Assembly: GCA_963793865.1 (NCBI GenBank)
Contig: CAWCBP010000001.1
Location: 1,206,998 to 1,270,997 of the forward strand
Source: an uncultured delta proteobacterium
GTDB taxonomy: Bacteria; Desulfobacterota; WTBG01
Length of the DNA stretch: 64,000 nucleotides
Direction: 5' to 3'
In this document: piece after piece, positions 58,013 to 64,000 of the stretch
Position numbering within the stretch: the stretch's first letter is position 1
Layout: each line of letters opens with the position of its first letter
Notes under the pieces: model-generated
What the model was told of the DNA's origin: nothing
Seen by the model: only the letters and a program-made list of their open reading frames with translations
Database searches by the model: none
Position numbers and translations under genes: made by a program

Positions 58013-59050
58013 TCAGGGGAACAGGGGGGGCTGGTTGATTCCGGCGTCCTCCGGAAAACCGGCCATAATGTTCATGTTCTGGACGGCCTGCCCTGCCCCG
58101 CCTTTGAGCAGGTTATCAATGGCTGAGACGATAATCAGCCGGTTGGTCCTCTTATCAATGACAAAACCGATATCGCAGTAATTGGATCCGCGCACCTGAT
58201 GAGTTGAGGGAATTGTTCCTGGAGCGCATATCCTGATAAAACCGCTCCCGTCGTAAAAGCTGCGATAACACTGCAGCACCTCTTCCTGAGTCGCTTTGCC
58301 GGCCAGGGTTGCATAGATGGTCCCCAAAATGCCGCGGTTCATGGGAATGAGGTGAGGTGTAAAATTGATGACCACCGGCTTCTGTGCCGCACATGAAAGC
58401 TCCTGCTCGATCTCCGGGGTGTGCTGATGAGTGCCCACCTTGTAGGCCTTGACCCCCTCGTTTACCTCGGCAAACAGCGAGGTCAGCACCGCTCCCCTTC
58501 CCGCCCCGCTGACGCCTGACTTGGCGTCCACGACTATACCCTCGGCAACCACCAGCCCGCTTTTGATCACGGGAATGAGCGGCAACAGCGCAGCGGTTGG
58601 ATAGCATCCCGGGTTTGCAACCAGTGCCGCGCCACGGATCCTCTCCTGGTACACTTCAGAAAGACCGTATACAGCGTCCGCCAGCAACTCAGGGGCCGTA
58701 TGCCCCTTGTACCATTGTTCGTACACTGCTGCATCGCGGAAACGGAAATCAGCGCTTAAGTCGACCACCCTGACACCCTTCCGGAGGAGCCCGGGGACCA
58801 CTTCCATGGCCTTCTGGTGAGGAAGGGCAACAAAGGCATAATCAGCCTTCTCCAGATCCGTGTGCTGTGAGAGGGATTGGAAGGCAAGTCTGATCTTGCC
58901 GGCAAGAAAGGGGAAGACCTCGCAAGCCTCTTTCCCGGCAAACTGCTCCGAACTCACCGCAACCAGTTCTACACGCGGGTGCATGGCCACCAGTCGCATG
59001 ATCTCTATACCGGTATAGCCGCTTGCCCCTATGATCGCAACCTTTTTCAC
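58013..59050 (-). CDS. argC: N-acetyl-gamma-glutamyl-phosphate reductase
   Basis: GASGYTG, DLSADFR, ANPGCYPT, SGVSGAG and DNLLKGGAGQA. Confidence 0.97.
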   Translation of the reverse strand: MKKVAIIGASGYTGIEIMRLVAMHPRVELVAVSSEQFAGKEACEVFPFLAGKIRLAFQSLSQHTDLEKADYAFVALPHQKAMEVVPGLLRKGVRVVDLSADFRFRDAAVYEQWYKGHTAPELLADAVYGLSEVYQERIRGAALVANPGCYPTAALLPLIPVIKSGLVVAEGIVVDAKSGVSGAGRGAVLTSLFAEVNEGVKAYKVGTHQHTPEIEQELSCAAQKPVVINFTPHLIPMNRGILGTIYATLAGKATQEEVLQCYRSFYDGSGFIRICAPGTIPSTHQVRGSNYCDIGFVIDKRTNRLIIVSAIDNLLKGGAGQAVQNMNIMAGFPEDAGINQPPLFP

Positions 59051-59122
59051 TGTGTGTCCTCGTCAGCGCGTCAAAACAAAAAGAAGGCCCAAAGGCCTTC
59101 TTCGAAGAGAAATCGAGACCTT

Positions 59123-59518
59123 TTAGCGTTTTGAATACTGGAAGCGGGCACGAGCCTTACGCTGGCCGTATTTCTTTCTTTCCTTGACACGGGAGTCCCT
59201 GGTCAGGAGCCCCGCCTTTTTCAGAACGGACCGGAAATCAGCATTGAGGATGAAGAGGGCCTTGGCAATGCCGTGGCGGATGGCGCCCGCCTGGCTGTTC
59301 ATGCCCCCGCCCTTTACATTCACATACACATCGTATTTGCCCGTGGTTTCGGTCAGCTCGGAAGGCTGCTTGATGATCATCTTGGATGTTTCACGCTTGA
59401 AATACTCATCAATGGTCTTCTCATTGATGCAGTACTTCCCATCTCCCGGCATCATTCTCACCCGGGCAATGGAGCTCTTTCTTTTTCCTGTTGCGCTGTA
59501 TACCGCCTGTTCAACCAT
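59123..59518 (-). CDS. rpsI: 30S ribosomal protein S9
   Basis: TGKRK.S.ARV and [24 protein letters not shown]. Confidence 0.99.
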   Translation of the reverse strand: MVEQAVYSATGKRKSSIARVRMMPGDGKYCINEKTIDEYFKRETSKMIIKQPSELTETTGKYDVYVNVKGGGMNSQAGAIRHGIAKALFILNADFRSVLKKAGLLTRDSRVKERKKYGQRKARARFQYSKR

Positions 59519-59546
59519 AATTAAACCTTTTCTCTCCTTTAGGCAT

Positions 59547-59975
59547 TCAAACCTTGAGCTCGCTCGGCTGCTGCGCCTGATGAGGATGATCCTTACCGGC
59601 GTACACCTTGAGTTTCTTGAACTGCTGCCTGCCCAGCTTGGTTTTGGGCAGCATGCCCTTCACCGCGTTCATTATAATGGCTTCCGGCTTTTTCCTCAAA
59701 AGCTCGGCGGGGGTGGTAATCTTGAGACCGCCCGGATAGCCGCTGTGACGATAGTACTTCTTGTTTTCCATCTTGGTGCCGGTCAGATGAATCTTCTCCG
59801 CGTTGATAATCACCACGAAATCGCCGGTATCCACGTAAGGGGTAAAAATGGGCTTGTGTTTACCCCGCAGGACATCCGCCACCCTGGTGGCCAGCCTGCC
59901 CAGCACCTTGCTCTCGGCATCAACCACAAACCAGGATTGCTCCACTTCACCTTTTTTCGCATCGTACGTCTTCAT
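59547..59975 (-). CDS. rplM: 50S ribosomal protein L13
   Basis: LGRLAT, GKHKP.FTP..DTGD, HSGYPGG and HPHQAQQP. Confidence 0.99.
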   Translation of the reverse strand: MKTYDAKKGEVEQSWFVVDAESKVLGRLATRVADVLRGKHKPIFTPYVDTGDFVVIINAEKIHLTGTKMENKKYYRHSGYPGGLKITTPAELLRKKPEAIIMNAVKGMLPKTKLGRQQFKKLKVYAGKDHPHQAQQPSELKV

Positions 59976-60058
59976 ATGATCCTCAGAAAAATTAATTTGC
60001 GAACGATACTATAGGATTGCATTCTTGTCAACCTTTTTTCTTGATATTTTTAGCGTGA

Positions 60059-61528
60059 TTAAAAGCAGAGCTTGCCCGGATTCATAATGCGGTTGGGATC
60101 CACCTCCTCTTTTATCTCTTTTAATTTCCGGGTGTAGGTGCCCGACCGGCGGTACATCATCTCCGCCCAGGGCCCGTAGGGGCGGCTGAAGTAGGCGCCC
60201 TTGTTCATCAGGGCCTCGCTTGCCTCAAGCCAGGCCCGCTTCACCCCTTCCGTCTCCTCCCGGTCAGCCGGATCGCAGTGCAGGTCGAACTCGCAGTGCA
60301 CCGCCCTGCCCCGCTCAATGGGAAGCAGGTAGCCTCCCACGTCCGCCGGGCTGCAGCCATGGGACAGGCAGGTATCCTTTATGACAGATTCCATCTGATT
60401 AATCTTCTCAAGCGGCACCGCGAAATTGAGGTCGTGCACCGAACCCCGGTAATTGAACTTCTTCAGCACCCGCCACGGACGCAGGATCTCTTCAGCCATC
60501 ATCCTCGCCAAGCCTGGAATGCCGGGGAGCGATTCCGTGAGATGCAGATTCATGCGCTCGCATTCTTCCCGCAAGGCTTCCTCTTCGTAGGCAATCTTCT
60601 CCCAGGGGTGCCGCAGAGCGCCCTGCAAGGCGATGACCATGGTCCAGGTAGGCAGCTCCGCTTTCAGACGGAGGAAGGCATCTGAGTGCCGGGGAGCGGC
60701 AGGAAACGATGCGGGAATCTCCCAGCCGTCCGCCAGCATGGCGGCCAGATTAAAGGCGTTAATCAAAAAACATTCCAGTCCGATTTCCCGCCGCTGGATG
60801 CTCGCGAGCGGGCCGGGCACATCTGACAGGTTCTTAAATGTCAGAAAGAAGATCTTCCTTTCCCTGATCAGGGGATTGATCTGAACACACATTTTGGTCA
60901 TGATACCCAGTGTACCCTGGGCTCCGGTCCATAGCCGGTAAAGGAGATGGCGTACCGGGCCCATGAATCCCCCGGGCTTGTCGCCCGTCGACCAGACACC
61001 GGTCCTGAGCAGCTCGCCCGTGGGGAGAATAATCTCCGTGTCCATAATCAGCGCGTTGCCGTACTCAAAACTCGCCGCCGCCATGACCGGGTCACGCTCC
61101 AGGTAGCTGGTGAGCACGGACCGCCCGGGGGCGGCGCCGAAGGGTATCATCACCCGGTATCCCCGCTCCAGCAGATACTCCTGGAGCTGCGCGTAGGTTA
61201 CCCCCGGCTCCACTGCCGCCAGGAGGTTCTTCTCGTCGATCAGCACTATTTTATTCATGCGCGACAGGTTTAAAAGTATCCCCCCGTGGTCAGGCACCGC
61301 CGCGCCGTGAAAATTGAGGCCGGAGCTGAAGGGAGTAATCGGGACACAAACCTCATTGGCATATCGAACGATCGCCTGTATTTCCTCCACCGTTTCGGGA
61401 TAGACAACCACATCCGGTCTCCGTGATGGCGCAAAGGATTGATCGCGGGAGAATTGTTCAAGCGACGCGTGATCATCCCGAACCCGGTCATGGCCCACAA
61501 TTTTTGCCAAGCTGTCTTTTCCCGGCAT
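60059..61528 (-). CDS. FAD-binding oxidoreductase (VAO/PCMH family)
   Basis: P..VVYP...EE, LSRMNKI, VEPGVT, GAQGTLGI.TK and DPN.IMNPGKL; strong RBS. Confidence 0.88.
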   Translation of the reverse strand: MPGKDSLAKIVGHDRVRDDHASLEQFSRDQSFAPSRRPDVVVYPETVEEIQAIVRYANEVCVPITPFSSGLNFHGAAVPDHGGILLNLSRMNKIVLIDEKNLLAAVEPGVTYAQLQEYLLERGYRVMIPFGAAPGRSVLTSYLERDPVMAAASFEYGNALIMDTEIILPTGELLRTGVWSTGDKPGGFMGPVRHLLYRLWTGAQGTLGIMTKMCVQINPLIRERKIFFLTFKNLSDVPGPLASIQRREIGLECFLINAFNLAAMLADGWEIPASFPAAPRHSDAFLRLKAELPTWTMVIALQGALRHPWEKIAYEEEALREECERMNLHLTESLPGIPGLARMMAEEILRPWRVLKKFNYRGSVHDLNFAVPLEKINQMESVIKDTCLSHGCSPADVGGYLLPIERGRAVHCEFDLHCDPADREETEGVKRAWLEASEALMNKGAYFSRPYGPWAEMMYRRSGTYTRKLKEIKEEVDPNRIMNPGKLCF

Positions 61529-63294
61529 TATTTGTTCCTTCCTCCCTTTTGCCGCATGACGCGTCGCGCGGCCGGTTATTTTTTTCAACCGGCGGCATGC
61601 CGTGCATCTGCCTGAGCTTGTTGAGAGCGGCCAGGACCGCGTCGGGGAAATTTTCATATTCCTCGCGGCTGAACACCTGTCTGCCCGGCGCGCACAGCCC
61701 CTGCGGATCAAAAACCTTCCTCAGCTTGCGGAACAAGCGATAGGCATCGGGTCCCTGCTCGGGGAAAAAAGAGGTGAGCGGCTCAAAGGACGCGCCAATG
61801 CCCGTGGGCGCGAGGCCCAGCTTTTCGGCAAACAGATTCACCGTCCCCGAGAGTATCATGGCGTTGCCCTTTTCCAGCGAGGCGGGATCCATGGGGTTGG
61901 GATATACGTCAACCTCCGCAAGCCAGGTTCTGCCCCCCTTGTTGATGGAGTAAAGAAACGGGGTGTCCTCAACACCTCCACGGTCGGTAATGTATGTCTC
62001 ACCGCCGAAGGTCTTCAGCGCGTTCCCCCATATCCGCTGGGTCTTGCAGGCGATATCTTCCAGCGCCCCTCCCGGCACCATCGAGCCCGCGTAGTTGTAG
62101 CGGTTCATCCTGAAGCCGGTTGAATGGCGAATGCAGTCCAGGTTCCAGGGAGCGAGCGCCTCAAGGACCTCCGGCCTGTGCGTTTGCGAGAGGAAGGTTC
62201 CCCCCGCTTCCGCAATGATCTCCCGCATCACCATTTCTTCATATTCGATCTGCCTCTGCGATACCATTCCCTGAATGATCACATAGCAGTTGAAGGAAGG
62301 GGAAAAAGTGATTGTCCACCCGCTCCAGGGTAATTTTTTGGGTGGGAGAGCAGTAATAGGTGTTGTAAACACCCGTGGCGTTAAGCCCGATGCCGATCCC
62401 CGAGGAGGCTATTTCCCGGAGGGCCCTCAGTTCCGTCTCCATGTCGGGGAATTCCACCCAGAGCAGCTTGTGGCGTTGGGGAGGCGGAGGGGTATCGTAG
62501 CGAGCGTCGCCGTAGGTGGGTATGCTGGGGCGTCCCGCCTCCGGTTCGGGCAGCTCGGCGCCGCCCGGCCAGGGGTGCAGCTTGACCGTTATTTCCGTAA
62601 TGATTCCTGTGGTCCCGAGGCTGCCGCGTATGAGAGAAAGCAGGTCAGGACCCGGTCCATACTCGAAGAAATCGTCAACACCGGCAGTTGTCCCGGAGCC
62701 TGTCTCCAGGATCTCCCCGTCGGGCATGACTACCTGTATGCTGATAATGTTGCGCGAAAGCGTTCCATATTTGTGGTCAGTCTGCCATATGCCCACAAAT
62801 GCGCTCTGAGAGGAAAGCTTGCAGAGGGTGGTGGCAAGCGGGGTGCCGCCGTTCCAGAGCCCCTTTTTCATGGCCTCCGCCTGCAGCTGCCCGTAGTCGG
62901 CATAGGCGCCGAGCCGCGCCGACATGGTGTCTTCATCAATGCGCACCCGGTTCATCCTGCTGACATGGACGCATATGGTGGGGTCCCCGGTTGTCTGCGC
63001 GGCAAGCAGAAACTGGCCGTTGGTAAAGGGATTGAGCCTGATGCCGTAACGGCTCGCCGCCCTGCATATGGCCTGCACCTCTTCGGTGGTCGCGGGCAGC
63101 ACCACACAGGCGGGAATGTTGGAAGGGTCCCGGGCGTGCTTTTTCAGGAAGCCGGGGCAGTCAACGGAAAACTTACTGTAGGTCTCAATGATCGCCCTGT
63201 CCTCGGTAATGAAGTCCGGGCCTACAATGTCTTGCAAAGCCCGGTACACTTCCCGGGGGATGCGGGCCGGTATGACCTTTTTCCTTTCAGTCAT
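61488..63294 (-). CDS. FAD-binding oxidoreductase (VAO/PCMH family); 1-nt insertion near 62297; true stop possibly near 61576
   Basis: PACVVLP.TTEEVQ, SRMNR, GPGPDL and G.TGIITE in the first ORF; FDPQG...PG in the second. Confidence 0.82.
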
Positions 63295-63443
63295 TCAACA
63301 CTCCTTGTAACATCGCCGCCATTACAGATGGCGTCTTTGAACGATGCATTTTTCCACTGCTCACGGGAAATTATCATGGTATTTAACAATTATTGCAAGC
63401 ACTTTATCCTGTGCCGGCACCATACCCTCCCGAGAAATACCAT

Positions 63444-63472
63444 TTGACTCATGCGGTTATTTTTACTATAGT
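63444..63472 (+). promoter_or_regulatory. Sigma70-type promoter of rnc
   Basis: TTGACT-N17-TATAGT. Confidence 0.55.
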
Positions 63473-63612
63473 GGGTCCTCAATTGCAAATACTGGAAATA
63501 TCAGCACAAGTTAAGCCGATGATCAAATGCGTCATGAACTCCTGCCGGTGAATCATGCGTGTAAACAATCGGCCCTGAATGAGAATCATCGCCCGGAGAA
63601 AACCATTTAGCA

Positions 63613-64000
63613 ATGAAGAAGGAACGACGCCTGCAGCTCAAGCAGCTGCAGAAAAATCTGAGCTATAAATTCAAAAAGCCGGCTGTGCTTAATCAGTCTC
63701 TCATGCACAAATCATACGCCAATGAAAACATCTCCGAGGGGCTGTCCGACAACGAGCGGCTGGAGTTTCTCGGTGACGCGGTGCTCGAGCTGGTGATAAG
63801 TCACATCCTCATGGAAGCCTTTCCGTCCCGCGCCGAAGGAGAGCTTACCAAGCTGCGCGCCGCGCTGGTGAACCAGAGAAGGATCGCTGAGATCGCACGC
63901 GACCTGCACCTGGGGGACTTTCTGCTCCTGGGCAGGGGGGAGGATTCAACCGAGGGACGGTACAAGAACTCCATTCTTGCCGACACCTACGAGGCGGTGA
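63613..64000 (+). CDS. rnc: Ribonuclease III (3' end outside the window)
   Basis: Translated by hand: MKKERR...HKSY...DNERLEFLGDAVL...EGELTKLRA.LVN...LGRGE...ILADTYEA. Confidence 0.97.
   Translation, partial: MKKERRLQLKQLQKNLSYKFKKPAVLNQSLMHKSYANENISEGLSDNERLEFLGDAVLELVISHILMEAFPSRAEGELTKLRAALVNQRRIAEIARDLHLGDFLLLGRGEDSTEGRYKNSILADTYEAV

Overview
A 64 kb GC-rich core-chromosome segment from an anaerobic bacterium, most likely Desulfobacterota/deltaproteobacterial (inferred from gene content). It carries tRNA-Val and tRNA-Asp, queC, a stand-alone divergent EF-G paralog and murI. It also has an ~12 kb late cobamide operon (cobU-cobT-cobS-cobC-cbiB-cobD-cbiA, a B12-binding radical SAM, an O-methyltransferase, a ThiC-like BzaF, cbiP), redox genes, mrp, plsX, a czcCBA-type RND system, pdaD, ABC transporters, amrS, a tRNA nucleotidyltransferase, argC, rpsI-rplM, two tandem FAD oxidoreductases and a partial rnc. 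Best leads: (1) a reduced bza lower-ligand set (BzaF, BzaC-like and a single B12-radical SAM) that may make a benzimidazole other than DMB; (2) a structured, terminator-containing leader on that operon without a recognisable canonical cobalamin aptamer; (3) a c-di-GMP-I ON-riboswitch upstream of two unknown small proteins; (4) a 73-aa-periodic coiled-coil protein with HEAT and HTH partners; (5) a Cys-rich SGNH hydrolase hidden by two indels in an AT-rich islet; (6) several MITE/REP families. At least eight genes are broken by single-base indels, which points to sequencing or assembly error, so those genes are given with joined coordinates. All assignments come from motif recognition by eye; no database search was run.
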